A stretch of 64,000 nucleotides of DNA, from positions 160,001 to 224,000 of the forward strand of contig CBDCTZ010000013.1 in the NCBI GenBank assembly GCA_965222375.1, written 5' to 3'. The position numbers were made by a program, and so were the translations under genes. This DNA is from Polyangiaceae bacterium (GTDB taxonomy: Bacteria > Myxococcota_A > Polyangia > Polyangiales > Polyangiaceae). Shown piece by piece: positions 19,653-30,002 of the stretch (its first letter is position 1; each line of letters begins with the position of its first letter). The notes beneath the pieces were generated by a model. That model saw only the letters and a program-made list of their open reading frames with translations, did no database searches and had not been told where the DNA came from.

Positions 19653-20399
19653 ATGTTCGAACTCAACGACAAAGTGTGCATCGTCACCGGCGGATCCCGC
19701 GGGATCGGCCGAGCAGCGGCGATCGCGTTGGGCGGCATGGGCGCCACGGTGGTGGCTGGCTACGTCAGTGGCGAAGAGGCCGCCAAGGAGACCGCCGAAG
19801 CGGTTCAAGCTGCCGGCGGCAAAGCGGAAATCGCGCGATTCGACGTCTCGGACCTGGCGCAGGCAGAGAGCAACATCGCTCAAACCGCCAAGCGACACGG
19901 GCGCCTGGACGCTTTGGTGGCAAGTGCGGGGATCTCCATCGACTCGTTGTTGCTCCGTCTGAAGGAAGACGACTTCGACCGCGTACTGGCGGTGAACCTA
20001 AAGGGTGCGGTGGCCTGCGCACGGGCTGCGATAAAAGTCATGATGCGGGCAAAGACCGGTCGGATCGTGTTCTTGTCGAGCGTGGTCGGTGAGATGGGCA
20101 ATGTCGGCCAAACCGCCTACGCGGCGTCCAAGGCGGGCCTGCTCGGCGCCGCCAAGAGCCTGGCGCGCGAATACGCATCCCGAAACATCACGGTCAATGC
20201 CGTGACTCCCGGATTCATCGAGACGGACATGACGGCAGGCCTGCCCGAAGAGGCCAAAGCCGCCATGTTGGGGGCCATTCCCCTGGCCCGAGTGGGCAAG
20301 ACCGATGAGGTCGCCGCCGCGATCGCCTACTTGTGTTCCGACGAGGCCGCCTACGTCACGGGCCAGACCCTGCGTGTCAATGGGGGCATGTATATGTGA
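19653..20399 (+). CDS. fabG: 3-oxoacyl-ACP reductase
   Basis: [31 protein letters not shown]. Confidence 0.96.
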   Translation: MFELNDKVCIVTGGSRGIGRAAAIALGGMGATVVAGYVSGEEAAKETAEAVQAAGGKAEIARFDVSDLAQAESNIAQTAKRHGRLDALVASAGISIDSLLLRLKEDDFDRVLAVNLKGAVACARAAIKVMMRAKTGRIVFLSSVVGEMGNVGQTAYAASKAGLLGAAKSLAREYASRNITVNAVTPGFIETDMTAGLPEEAKAAMLGAIPLARVGKTDEVAAAIAYLCSDEAAYVTGQTLRVNGGMYM

Positions 20400-20491
20400 G
20401 GGCTGGACCCCAGCCCGCAGCTTTTTGGTTCAGAAATAGTCAACGTTTTTCAAAAGTCGCGTCCCAAGAAGGCGCGCATCGTGGAGGCAAC

Positions 20492-20737
20492 ATGGCAGGC
20501 CGGGACATCGAGGCCGAAGTCAAGCGCATCATCAAAGAGCAGCTCGACGTCGACGAAAAGGATATCAGCGCAGATTCCACCTTCATCGACGATCTCGGTG
20601 CTGACTCTTTGGGGTTGGTCGAACTCGTTCTTGCTTTCGAGGAAGCATTCGAGATCGATATCCCGGACGAGGACACGGAGAAGATCCGTACCGTCCAAGA
20701 CGCGGTTGACTACATCAAGCAAAACGCCAGCGTCTAA
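20492..20737 (+). CDS. acpP: Acyl carrier protein
   Basis: DLGADSL phosphopantetheine motif; GGAGG RBS. Confidence 0.97.
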   Translation: MAGRDIEAEVKRIIKEQLDVDEKDISADSTFIDDLGADSLGLVELVLAFEEAFEIDIPDEDTEKIRTVQDAVDYIKQNASV

Positions 20738-20808
20738 GGGCAACGGGCGGGCGTCGCTCTGGTGACGCCCGCAGATCTTCGGCAGCGCCGAGGAACACAG
20801 AGAGAGTC

Positions 20809-22053
20809 ATGGAGCGAGTGGTCATAACTGGCATCGGTCTGGCGACGCCGAACGGTGTCGGGACTGAAGCCACCTGGCAGTCACTGATTCGCGGAGAGAG
20901 TTCCGCAGCGCCGATCACGCTTTTCGAAACCGACGAGCGGTACGCTTCGCGGTTTGCCTGCGAGGTGAAGGGGTTCGAACCGACAGACTTCATCCCCAAG
21001 AAGAAGTTGAAGGAGATGACTCGCTTCACGAAGTTCGCCCTTGCCGCAACCAAGATGGCCTTCGAAGACGCCGCCTTGGAGCTGACCGATGAAGAGCGCG
21101 AAACCACTGGCACGTTCATCGGTGTTGGCTTGGGCGGACTCGAGAACTTGGAACGCTGCACTCTGGTCCTCGAGCACAAGGGGCCGGGCAAGATCAGCCC
21201 CTATTTCATACCGTCCTTGATCGCGAACATGGCGGCCGGTCAAGTCTCCATCGCCCACGGATTGCAGGGGCCGAGCCTAGCCCATACCAGCGCTTGCTCG
21301 TCCAGCGGGCACGCCATTGGCGAAGCTCTGGAGTGGATTCGCCGTGGGCGAGCCGACGTCATGATCGCGGGTGGCGCGGAGGCGACCATCACGCCCATCG
21401 GCATCGCTGGCTTCTCGGCCATGTTTGCTCTGAGCCGACGCAACGACGACCCCACGCGTGCCAGCCGCCCTTGGGACAAAGGGCGCGACGGTTTCGTGTG
21501 CGGCGAGGGCGCAGCCACCCTGATCCTGGAATCCCTCACTCACGCAAAGAAGCGTGGAGCGAAAATCATCGCGGAGGTCAGTGGCTACGCCGCGACCAGC
21601 GACGCCTTTCACATAACCAAGCCGGCGACCGAGGGCGCCGGTGGTCGCAAGGCGATGGAGCTCGCGCTTTCCGACGCCGGACTCAGTCCCGACGCAATCG
21701 ACTACGTGAACGCCCACGGCACGAGCACTCCCGCAGGGGACATAGAAGAGAGCCACGCCATCAGCTCGGTTTTCGGTGCTCACGCATTGGACAAGAAACT
21801 GTGGGTCAGCTCCACGAAGAGCATGATGGGCCATCTTCTAGGTGCGGCCGGCGCCGTGGAGGCGGCGATTTGCGCCAAAGCCATCGCTAGCTCTGTCGTG
21901 CCCCCGACGATCAACTTGGACGACCAAGACGAGGAGTGCCCCCTGGACTTCGTCCCTCACACGGCCCGGGAGCGGCGCATTCGCCACGCGCTATCCAACT
22001 CCTTCGGATTCGGAGGCACCAACGCCACTCTGGTCCTCTCTGCAATCGACTAA
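20809..22053 (+). CDS. fabF: 3-oxoacyl-ACP synthase II
   Basis: RVVITGIG, SACSS, NAHGTST, KSMMGHLLGAAG, SNSFGFGGTN. Confidence 0.97.
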   Translation: MERVVITGIGLATPNGVGTEATWQSLIRGESSAAPITLFETDERYASRFACEVKGFEPTDFIPKKKLKEMTRFTKFALAATKMAFEDAALELTDEERETTGTFIGVGLGGLENLERCTLVLEHKGPGKISPYFIPSLIANMAAGQVSIAHGLQGPSLAHTSACSSSGHAIGEALEWIRRGRADVMIAGGAEATITPIGIAGFSAMFALSRRNDDPTRASRPWDKGRDGFVCGEGAATLILESLTHAKKRGAKIIAEVSGYAATSDAFHITKPATEGAGGRKAMELALSDAGLSPDAIDYVNAHGTSTPAGDIEESHAISSVFGAHALDKKLWVSSTKSMMGHLLGAAGAVEAAICAKAIASSVVPPTINLDDQDEECPLDFVPHTARERRIRHALSNSFGFGGTNATLVLSAID

Positions 22054-22058
22054 CCGAA

Positions 22059-22538
22059 ATGCAGTGCCCCACCTGCCGCCAAATGGACAGCCGAGTGCTC
22101 GATTCACGACTCGTCTCCGGGGGCACCGTGACTTGGCGGCGGCGAGAGTGCGATGCATGCAAGCGTCGCTTCACGACCTACGAGCGGGTCGAATTGTCTC
22201 TGCCCACAGTGGTGAAGCGGGACGGGCAGCGCGCACCCTTCAATCGGGACAAACTACTGGCCAGCTTGATGATAGCCTGCAACAAGCGACCGGTGTCCAC
22301 GGATACCCTCGAGCGGGAAGCGGACACCATGGAGAGGGAGCTGTCTGAGAGCGGCGAGCGAGAGGTCTCCAGTATGGAGATCGGTGAGCGCGTCATGACC
22401 CGGCTGAAGCGGCTGGATGAAGTCGCGTACGTGCGCTTTGCGAGCGTCTACAAGTCGTTCCGGGATATCGACGAGTTCATGCGCGAGATGACCAGCTTGG
22501 TTCGCTCCCGCCCAGAAGACGGAGATGTCAGCCCATGA
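22059..22538 (+). CDS. nrdR: Transcriptional repressor NrdR
   Basis: MQCPTC...RRRECDAC...RFTTYE, ATP cone, VAYVRFASVY. Confidence 0.96.
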   Translation: MQCPTCRQMDSRVLDSRLVSGGTVTWRRRECDACKRRFTTYERVELSLPTVVKRDGQRAPFNRDKLLASLMIACNKRPVSTDTLEREADTMERELSESGEREVSSMEIGERVMTRLKRLDEVAYVRFASVYKSFRDIDEFMREMTSLVRSRPEDGDVSP

Positions 22539-23659
22539 CGGAAGTCGATGACAAACTCATGGCCCGCGCGATCGAAATCGCGCAACAAGGGGATCCGTCG
22601 CCGAATCCACCGGTCGGCTCTATCGTGGCGGATGGTGAGACCATCGTTGCCGAGGGCTTCCATCAAGCGGCAGGCATGGATCACGCAGAAATCGCTGCCC
22701 TCAAAGAGGCCGGAGGTTCCGCGGAAGGAAAGACCCTCTACGTCAACCTGGAGCCCTGCAATCACGAGGGACGGACGTCACCCTGCGTGGACGAGATCAT
22801 CAATGCGAAGCTCAAGCGGGTGGTCGTTGGGACCCGCGACCCGAATCCGAATGTCGAGGGAGGCGGCATCGAGAAACTGGAAGCCGCCGGAATTGAAGTG
22901 GTCTTGGGCGTGCGAGAAAAAGACGCCAAGCGCCTGATCGAGCCCTGGACCAAGTACATCACGGAAGAAACTGCCTTTCTTGGTCTCAAGCTAGCGGCCT
23001 CCCTGGACGGGCGCATCGCCACCCGAACGGGAGCATCCAAGTGGATCACGTGTTCGGACTCGCGAGTGCGCGTGCACCTGCTGCGGACCAAGCACGATGC
23101 CGTGATGGTGGGAATCAACACGGCCATCGCTGACGACCCCCGGCTGACGGTGCGTGAGGTGCCCGGGCGCAATCCGGTCCGAGTGGTGGTGGACAGCAAG
23201 CTTCGGCTGCCCATCGGGAGCCAGTTGGTGCAAACCGCCAAGGAAATCCCGACTTGTGCAGTCACCGCCGTCGACGCACCCCAGGATGCCGAGGATGCAC
23301 TCGTCGACCTGGGTGTGAGCGTGATCCGCGTTCCTGCCACCGCGGAAGGGCGCTGCGACATGCGTGCCGCCCTCAAGGAACTCGCCGCTCGCGAGGTCGT
23401 CAGTGTGCTTTGCGAAGGCGGCGCGGAACTCGCCGGTAGCCTGCTGGCCTTGGCGTTGCCAGACCAAATGCATGTGTTCGTCGCCCCGGTCTTGCTCGGC
23501 CCCCGTGGCCGACCCGGCGCTGTGGACTGGGCGGGTCCAGAGAACCCCTCCGACGCGCCCCGGATTGAATCTCCACGTTGGGAACTATGCGGTTCGGACG
23601 CCTACGTATCAGGCCGGCTTGTCTACCCGAAGAAGGCCAGCCGCACCACGGCCTCCTGA
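22535..23659 (+). CDS. ribD: Riboflavin biosynthesis deaminase/reductase
   Basis: PNPPVG, HAE, LEPCNHEGRTSPC, SLDGRIA, EGG. Confidence 0.96.
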   Translation: MTEVDDKLMARAIEIAQQGDPSPNPPVGSIVADGETIVAEGFHQAAGMDHAEIAALKEAGGSAEGKTLYVNLEPCNHEGRTSPCVDEIINAKLKRVVVGTRDPNPNVEGGGIEKLEAAGIEVVLGVREKDAKRLIEPWTKYITEETAFLGLKLAASLDGRIATRTGASKWITCSDSRVRVHLLRTKHDAVMVGINTAIADDPRLTVREVPGRNPVRVVVDSKLRLPIGSQLVQTAKEIPTCAVTAVDAPQDAEDALVDLGVSVIRVPATAEGRCDMRAALKELAAREVVSVLCEGGAELAGSLLALALPDQMHVFVAPVLLGPRGRPGAVDWAGPENPSDAPRIESPRWELCGSDAYVSGRLVYPKKASRTTAS

Positions 23660-23704
23660 GGCCTGCCGTTGCCGGTGGTCCAGTCGAGTGTTACGTTGCG
23701 TAAC

Positions 23705-24214
23705 ATGGCTCTGCGCGCGATTTTGGAGTACCCCGACCCCCGCTTGCGTGAGGTGGCGAAGCCCGTGACCCAGGTCGATGACGACGTGCGCCAGCTGGTC
23801 GAAGACATGGCCGAAACCATGTATGCCGCACCCGGGGTCGGCTTGGCGGCGACCCAAATTGGCGTTCCGCTCCGCATCTTCGTGATCGACATCGCCACGG
23901 AAGACGAGCCCAGCGATCTGCGCGTGTTCATCAATCCCGAAGTCCTCACCACCGACGGGCAGCAGTCATGGAATGAGGGCTGCCTGTCGTTTCCGGGCGT
24001 TTCCGAAGAGATCAAGCGGGCCGAAAACGTGACCGTGCGAGCCCTCGACGAACACGGCAAGGCCTTCGAGCTGCAGACGGACGGATTGCTCGCGGTGGCC
24101 ATTCAGCACGAAAACGACCACCTTGATGGCGTGCTGATGATCGACAAGCTCAACGCCGTGAAGCGGCGACTCATGGGCCGCAAGCTCGCCCGGCGCGCTC
24201 AGGCGAACGCCTGA
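23705..24214 (+). CDS. def: Peptide deformylase
   Basis: GVGLAATQ, EGCLS, QHENDHLDG. Confidence 0.97.
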   Translation: MALRAILEYPDPRLREVAKPVTQVDDDVRQLVEDMAETMYAAPGVGLAATQIGVPLRIFVIDIATEDEPSDLRVFINPEVLTTDGQQSWNEGCLSFPGVSEEIKRAENVTVRALDEHGKAFELQTDGLLAVAIQHENDHLDGVLMIDKLNAVKRRLMGRKLARRAQANA

Positions 24215-24239
24215 TAGCGCGCGGGCTCATCGGCCGCTT

Positions 24240-26111
24240 TCAGCGAGACGGGGGGCGCGAAAACAACGATGTTTCGAGGCCGAAGCCGCGACCTGCCACA
24301 TGAGTCGCGACCCGCGGCACGATGCCCGAAGGCGTGAAGGTGCCCTCTACCGCGCCGCCAGCGGCCGTGCGCTCCACCACGAAGCTGAAGATATCCTGGA
24401 CCTCGATTCCATCTTCGGTGCTGCCCAAGACTTCTGCCACCCGCAGCGCTCTGTGGCGCCCGTCTCGCAAGCGACCAATCTCGACAATCACGTCAATGCT
24501 CGAAGCAACGCTCTCGCGGGCAGCGGTCAATCGCTCGCCCATTTGGCAACCAACCGACGTCAGTCGGGCAAGGGCGGAGCGCAGCCCGCCTCCGTAGCTG
24601 ACCGCGACCAGCCCCTCAGCTCCGAGCCGTGTGGCGTCGAGCACACCTGCGATGAGGTCGGGCTCTGACAGCTCCGCCGCCAGTCGGACGCCGGGCAGAT
24701 TGGCAGACGCCAGCACTGCCTGCCGCCCAACCATACCTTCTGGCACGCGCAGGGACGCGCAGTTCGGGACCAACCCCGACAGATCTTCGCGCCCCTCGAG
24801 CAAAACGACGGGCGCCTCACTGCGTGCAACGGCAAGCAGCGATGACAGCACTCGAGCCGTCCCGGAATCCCGCGGGCCCGCCACGAGCACATTCACGCGA
24901 GCCATGACCGCATTCTGCAAGAATGTCGCGATGGCCCGAGACACGACGCCAGCCCGCACCAACTCCTCGAGGGTGGTCTGAGCGCGCGAAGCCTTCGTTA
25001 CGCTGAGCATCGGCCCCTGAGGGGCCATTCGTCCGAGGACGGCAGTGAGGCGTCCTCCATCTCTCAATCGCCGCTCGACCAGCATCTCTTCCGAATCGAG
25101 AGGCTCCCCAGCCGCACGTGCCATGCGTGCGACCACTCGACCAACCGACGCAGCGGATGAAAACGGCGGCTCGATTATCGCCATCTCGTCGCCGCGATGA
25201 GCAATCACCTGGTCGAAGCGGGGAACCCCGACGGCGCTCACGGTGCCGTCCACGAGCAGCCCGCCAATTGGGCCCAATTCGACCAGTTCCGCCCGGGCCT
25301 GAGCAGCGAGTCGGGGCAGGTCGATAGAAGCCTCGACTTCCCCAGAAGACTTCAGAGCCTCTGATCGCTCGGAAAGTGCCCGTTCTGCGGCGCTCCGAAC
25401 TGCATCTGTGATCTCGCCATCCAGCGCTTCAGGCCCCACGGTTGCCGTGGCGTGCTCGACCAACATGGCCAGCACCCGGCGCAGCGCCACCGCTTCTCGG
25501 CTCGGTTCGCCGGCGGGCGAGAGGGATCTCGCGTCGATGTCGGCGTGGGAAACGTCGACGATGCTCGCTCGTTGCGCGACGGAGCTGGGTTCCGGCCCGG
25601 GGTGCGAAGGACGCGACGCGTCCGGCAGCCGAGGCGGACCCGGGACGCGAGGATAGCTCGCTCCGCTGGGTTCATCCCGCTCTTGCGGAATGTGAGTCTG
25701 CACCGAGCCCTCTTGACCGCTCTCCCGCACCTGACCGCTGTCGCGCACGTGGCCACTTTCGCGAGCAAGCACCGGACCGCTGCCCGTCGTTTCCGCGAGC
25801 TCTCCGGCAGACGAGTCGGCTTCCGAGGGCTCGATGCGAAGAACGAAATCTCCAATGTAGATCCGATCGCCTTCGCGAACGATAGTGGCTTGAGAGATGC
25901 GCCGACGGTTTACGTAGGTTCCGTTGGTGCTGTTCAGATCGGTGACGATGAAGCGCCCATCTCGGTAGATCAGCCGTGCGTGACGCTTCGACACGTTGCC
26001 CTTGGGCAGCATCAGATCGTTGCCTTGCACTCGCCCGACGGTGATTTCCGGACGGTCGTAGGACTCTCGACGCTCGGCTCCCCCCTTTTCACTGATGATG
26101 ATGGAGAGCAC
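24240..26111 (-). CDS. FHA domain fused to a degenerate CpaF/TadA-like secretion ATPase domain
   Basis: FHA motifs VGR...VSKRHA...DLNSTNGTYVN; CpaF-like LGPIGGLL, RLRDGGR, IGRLRDGRHR, VQDIFSF. GTG start at 26111 is inferred. Confidence 0.85.
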   Translation of the reverse strand: MLSIIISEKGGAERRESYDRPEITVGRVQGNDLMLPKGNVSKRHARLIYRDGRFIVTDLNSTNGTYVNRRRISQATIVREGDRIYIGDFVLRIEPSEADSSAGELAETTGSGPVLARESGHVRDSGQVRESGQEGSVQTHIPQERDEPSGASYPRVPGPPRLPDASRPSHPGPEPSSVAQRASIVDVSHADIDARSLSPAGEPSREAVALRRVLAMLVEHATATVGPEALDGEITDAVRSAAERALSERSEALKSSGEVEASIDLPRLAAQARAELVELGPIGGLLVDGTVSAVGVPRFDQVIAHRGDEMAIIEPPFSSAASVGRVVARMARAAGEPLDSEEMLVERRLRDGGRLTAVLGRMAPQGPMLSVTKASRAQTTLEELVRAGVVSRAIATFLQNAVMARVNVLVAGPRDSGTARVLSSLLAVARSEAPVVLLEGREDLSGLVPNCASLRVPEGMVGRQAVLASANLPGVRLAAELSEPDLIAGVLDATRLGAEGLVAVSYGGGLRSALARLTSVGCQMGERLTAARESVASSIDVIVEIGRLRDGRHRALRVAEVLGSTEDGIEVQDIFSFVVERTAAGGAVEGTFTPSGIVPRVATHVAGRGFGLETSLFSRPPSR

Positions 26112-26273
26112 AGGCTCTTTGGCTTCGTTGGGGGAGATCACGAACCGCTTCCCTGAAATTTAGCCGATAGCGCTCCCCAGCTGTCAACGAACTAGCGTGA
26201 GCATCGCAATTCTATGTCAAAACCCCCGGCTTTCGGGAGCCTCAACTCAGGATTACCCGCGCCTGGGCTGGCG

Positions 26274-26462
26274 TCAGGAATCGCTGGTGATCCGGCCGTC
26301 GCGCACGTCGCTGGCAACCCGGGCGAGGAGCTCGCTGGCTAATTGCATCACTTCCTCCTCGGAAAACCCACTGGCGCGGAGCTCGCGATAGATGGTCTTG
26401 GCCAGGATGCGGACGGCGCGGGGGTCCGAGGGAGTCGACGATACTTCGAAGGGGAGGGCCAT
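26274..26462 (-). CDS. Small hypothetical helical protein
   Basis: MALPFE...RILAKTIYRELRASGFSEEEVMQLASELL; coding-like codon usage. Confidence 0.7.
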   Translation of the reverse strand: MALPFEVSSTPSDPRAVRILAKTIYRELRASGFSEEEVMQLASELLARVASDVRDGRITSDS

Positions 26463-26719
26463 GTGGTCAAACCAGATAGAGAGGGGGGGGTAGACGACTG
26501 CTCCCCCCTTGCATGAAAGAATGGTGCCGAAGAAGTGACATGATCTTTCCCTCGAGAAAACACCATGCCCCAGCGCAAGCGCGAAATGGCGTTCGCAGGC
26601 CGACCGCGTAAGAACCCTCGCGCAAGCCACGGATTCGGGCGAAGTGGTTCAACCGAAATAGCTGGCCGCGCCTAACGCACCGCGGCGCGGGCCGCCCTAG
26701 GTCGGATGGGGTGGCGCAC

Positions 26720-27064
26720 TCAGGAGGCTTGCTCGAGGAATGCGGCAGGCTTGGGATAGTCGTTGACCAACTTCTTCGGCGGGCGGTCCACTGCGCAGAG
26801 CAGGCTGGTGACGAGGTCTCGGCCTTCTCCACCAAAGTAGAGCGCCTCACCAACGCAAGGTTCGCCTTCGTTGGGCAGGGCCACGCCGTTGGGCTGAAAG
26901 CGCACGCGCCCTGCCAGGGTGCGCCTGAGCGCCAGGTGGGCCGGCAACCAACTGCCCGAGCGGCGGTCTCGGACGGCGATGCAGACATCTCGACGGAAGT
27001 GATACTCGGTGTTTCGTGTCACGAACATCTTGTGGATACGGCGCTCAGTACGTATTTCACTCAC
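26720..27064 (-). CDS. Hypothetical protein
   Basis: GGAGGA RBS before GTG 27064; ERRIHKMFVTRNTEYHFR...LVTS...VDRP. Confidence 0.7.
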   Translation of the reverse strand: MSEIRTERRIHKMFVTRNTEYHFRRDVCIAVRDRRSGSWLPAHLALRRTLAGRVRFQPNGVALPNEGEPCVGEALYFGGEGRDLVTSLLCAVDRPPKKLVNDYPKPAAFLEQAS

Positions 27065-27181
27065 GGCAATTCCTCCGAGCCCGAGCCTGACAGCCCAGCG
27101 GAACTTCGCCAAATTTCCGGGCTTTTCCCTTGCCTATCTGGTTATCGAAGCAAGCCAGAGAAGGCGCCAACAACTGGCTGA

Positions 27182-27670
27182 TTGCCAGCGACGCACTCTA
27201 CGATCCGATTTGTGAAACGCCGTCCCGGCCCCGGACTCAGGAAGACTAGCGGTTTGTCGCTGGTGGAGCATCGGACTGCGCAACTATGGCGCAGCACCGA
27301 CTACGGCTGGCGGGAACTCTTCGAATCCGCGGACGTCATGAGCGAAGGCGCGGTGCGGGACGAACGGGAAGGACCAACCTATTACGGCTCGACCAGCGTG
27401 CTTTTGCCCTTCGCGTCGCGCGGCGGAAAGATCCCCGACGATCAGGCGGCCACGGTCCATCGCCTCATAGCGGCTGATCCCCACGCTCGCTTACGTGCAG
27501 TTCGCATCGCCTGCTTGGAGGCGGAACTTCGCGCCGGGTCCCGAATTGGCCAAGTGCGCGCCGAACTGTTTGTGCGTCGAGACAAGCGCGGCGTCCGCAT
27601 CGATGTGGATGTGGAAACCCTGGTCGTTGGGGAACGGGCACCAAGCCGCGCGCGCTCACGCCGCGAGTGA
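27182..27670 (+). CDS. Hypothetical protein (start uncertain)
   Basis: Protein-like ORF (ELFESADV...TYYGSTSV...RIDVDVE) filling the gap divergently from the previous gene. Confidence 0.6.
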   Translation: MPATHSTIRFVKRRPGPGLRKTSGLSLVEHRTAQLWRSTDYGWRELFESADVMSEGAVRDEREGPTYYGSTSVLLPFASRGGKIPDDQAATVHRLIAADPHARLRAVRIACLEAELRAGSRIGQVRAELFVRRDKRGVRIDVDVETLVVGERAPSRARSRRE

Positions 27671-28027
27671 ACTTCGCGGCCGTCGAGGAAAGTCAGGCAA
27701 ACTCCGGCCGCGAACTTGCGTTTGCCCGGTATCCAGCCCCTGGGTGTGACGCGAACCCGCTCCACCGGGGAGTCGGGCTCGGCGGCGCCACGTGAATTGA
27801 ACGACGACAGCGGGTTCGGCGCGCGCCACGAGGCACGACTGACATTCCACATGCCCACGCCGAACCGCAAACGGTACAACAAGTCAAGTGCAAGAGCGCG
27901 CCATCGCACGCACGAGAAAGTCCTAAGGATCTCGCGCAGGCGCGGCGCTGATGGACTACAAGCTTGACAGCGCGTGCGGTGCGGAAGAGTGATTAGCTAG
28001 GTCTGTTGCCGCACGAGTGTTCGATCC

Positions 28028-29023
28028 ATGAGGCGCAAGAAGAAACGCGACGACAAAGTGATTCATGTCGTGTTCGGCCCCGGCGGTGGCCGCGTAGACA
28101 ACTCCATGCCCTCACCGGCGGCAACGCTCACGGATCCGACTAGCTCCGGGCGCGAGCCGCTGACAGATCTGTTCACTAGAGCGGAGATCGCCCGTCTGCT
28201 CGGCATCACCCCGGGACGGCTGCGAACCTTGGATCGGACCGGCGTGGTCTCGCCCAACGGTCGGCGACGGGGCAAAAGGGCCTATACGTTCTCGGACTTG
28301 ATCGCGCTGCGCACGGCACAGACTCTGCTGGACAAGAACGTTCGGCTCCGGGATGTGACCCGCGCCGTGAATGCCCTGAAGCGCACGTTGCCCCGCGTGA
28401 CCCGCCCGCTCGCAGAGCTTCGAATCGTGTCCGATGGACACAAGGTCGTGGTGCGAACCCAGGACGGGAGCTTCGAACCCCTGACGGGGCAAATGATGTT
28501 GGACTTCGAAGTGAAGTCGCTGCGTGACGACGTGGTGCGGGTGCTGCGCCCCTCCGCGGGGCGAGAGCGCGCCCGCACTGCCTATGAGCTCTACCTGCGC
28601 GCCAGTCAGCTGGACGAGGATCCAGAGACCATGGACGAAGCCGCGGTGTTGTATCAGCAGGCCATCGAGTTGGACCCCTGGCTGGCTATCGCCTACACGA
28701 ATCTAGGCAATATTCGCTTCCGACGGCACGATCCCGAGGGGGCGGAGGTGTTGTACCGCAAAGCGCTGGAAATCGACTCTCGACAGCCGGAAGCTCAGTA
28801 CAACCTGGGCTACGTGATGTTGGAGCGCGGTCGGCCCGAGCTCTCCATCCCGCTCTTCCACGGAGCTCTGGAATCCGACTCGAAGTTCGCCGACGCGTAT
28901 TTCAACCTAGCCATGGCCTACGAGCAGATTGGCGAGACCCAGAAGGCTCGTCCGTATTGGAAGAGCTACATCGCACTCGAGCCAGCGGGCACTTGGACAG
29001 AGATCGCCAAGCGCCATCTGTGA
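28028..29023 (+). CDS. MerR-type HTH plus TPR protein
   Basis: FTRAEIARLLGITPGRLR...YTFSDLIALR followed by TPRs (AYTNLG, AQYNLG, AYFNLA). Confidence 0.88.
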   Translation: MRRKKKRDDKVIHVVFGPGGGRVDNSMPSPAATLTDPTSSGREPLTDLFTRAEIARLLGITPGRLRTLDRTGVVSPNGRRRGKRAYTFSDLIALRTAQTLLDKNVRLRDVTRAVNALKRTLPRVTRPLAELRIVSDGHKVVVRTQDGSFEPLTGQMMLDFEVKSLRDDVVRVLRPSAGRERARTAYELYLRASQLDEDPETMDEAAVLYQQAIELDPWLAIAYTNLGNIRFRRHDPEGAEVLYRKALEIDSRQPEAQYNLGYVMLERGRPELSIPLFHGALESDSKFADAYFNLAMAYEQIGETQKARPYWKSYIALEPAGTWTEIAKRHL

Positions 29024-29046
29024 GCTTGCGCAGCTAGCGTGAAGCT

Positions 29047-29871
29047 TCAACTCAGACGCCGGTGCTCCAACGACGGGACGGCAGCTCGAACTCGCGCCAA
29101 GAGATCGAAATCCAAATCCGCGACGACGAGCCCGACTCCATCGGAGCACTCCGCTACGACGACACCCCATGGGTCGACAATCAGGGAATGGCCATAGGTC
29201 AGTCGCCCCTTGGGGTGTTTGCCCCATTGCCCCGCAGCGAGCACCCAACACTGCGACTCGATGGCGCGAGCGCGCAGCAGCGCGTGCCAATGATCTTTGC
29301 CCGTTTGCAGGGTGAAGGCCGCCGGCACGACAAGAACTTTGGCTCCCTGGGAAACCAATCGGCGATACAGCTCCGGGAAGCGCAGATCGTAGCAGATTGA
29401 CAGCCCAACGCTCACGCCGCGCACCTCGGTCACCACCGCTTGATCCCCAGCCGATGTCGCCGCCGACTCACTGAGCACCGTTCCATCCGCTAGTGCGACG
29501 TCGAAGAGGTGGATCTTGCGGTAGTGGGTCACCAGCTTTCCCGACGGTGAAATCACCAGCGCGGTGTTGAAAGGGCGCTTGGGGTCCGCACTCGCCTCGG
29601 GGAACCCACCACCAATGATGGTCAGCTTGGCCTCTTGCGCCAGCCCTGCGAGGTAAGTCTGAATGGGACCGTCACCCAAGCGTTCCGCATACTGCCGCTT
29701 GTCGGATTCTGCCCCCATGTAGGCGAAGTTCTCCGGCAGCAGGACCATTTCAGCGCCCAACCCCCCCGCCTTCAAGACCTGGAGCCGGCACTGGGCCAGG
29801 TTCTCGTCGACGCCATCCTGACACTGGAGCTGAACCACGGCCGCGCGCAGACTCGACATGCTCGGGAGCAT
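29047..29871 (-). CDS. Carbon-nitrogen hydrolase (Nit1/deaminated glutathione amidase-like)
   Basis: Catalytic triad in LPENF, YRKIHLFDV and ICYDLRFPE; RARAIE. Confidence 0.92.
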   Translation of the reverse strand: MLPSMSSLRAAVVQLQCQDGVDENLAQCRLQVLKAGGLGAEMVLLPENFAYMGAESDKRQYAERLGDGPIQTYLAGLAQEAKLTIIGGGFPEASADPKRPFNTALVISPSGKLVTHYRKIHLFDVALADGTVLSESAATSAGDQAVVTEVRGVSVGLSICYDLRFPELYRRLVSQGAKVLVVPAAFTLQTGKDHWHALLRARAIESQCWVLAAGQWGKHPKGRLTYGHSLIVDPWGVVVAECSDGVGLVVADLDFDLLARVRAAVPSLEHRRLS

Positions 29872-30002
29872 ATCCGGTCTGGAGGGCAGATGCGTCCGCT
29901 AGCGTCTGGAATCCCAGAAGGCAGCAATAATCCCCTGCCGGCGGACCACCGGTCGGCGGATACTTGCGCGGGCCCAGCGGCTAGGCTTTCCTCGCAGGAC
30001 CT

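Noticed and set aside
27685..27705. GAGGAAAGTC resembling the RNase P RNA 5' motif, and GGCAAAC resembling a c-di-GMP-I riboswitch
   Set aside because: The other conserved elements of both RNAs are missing.
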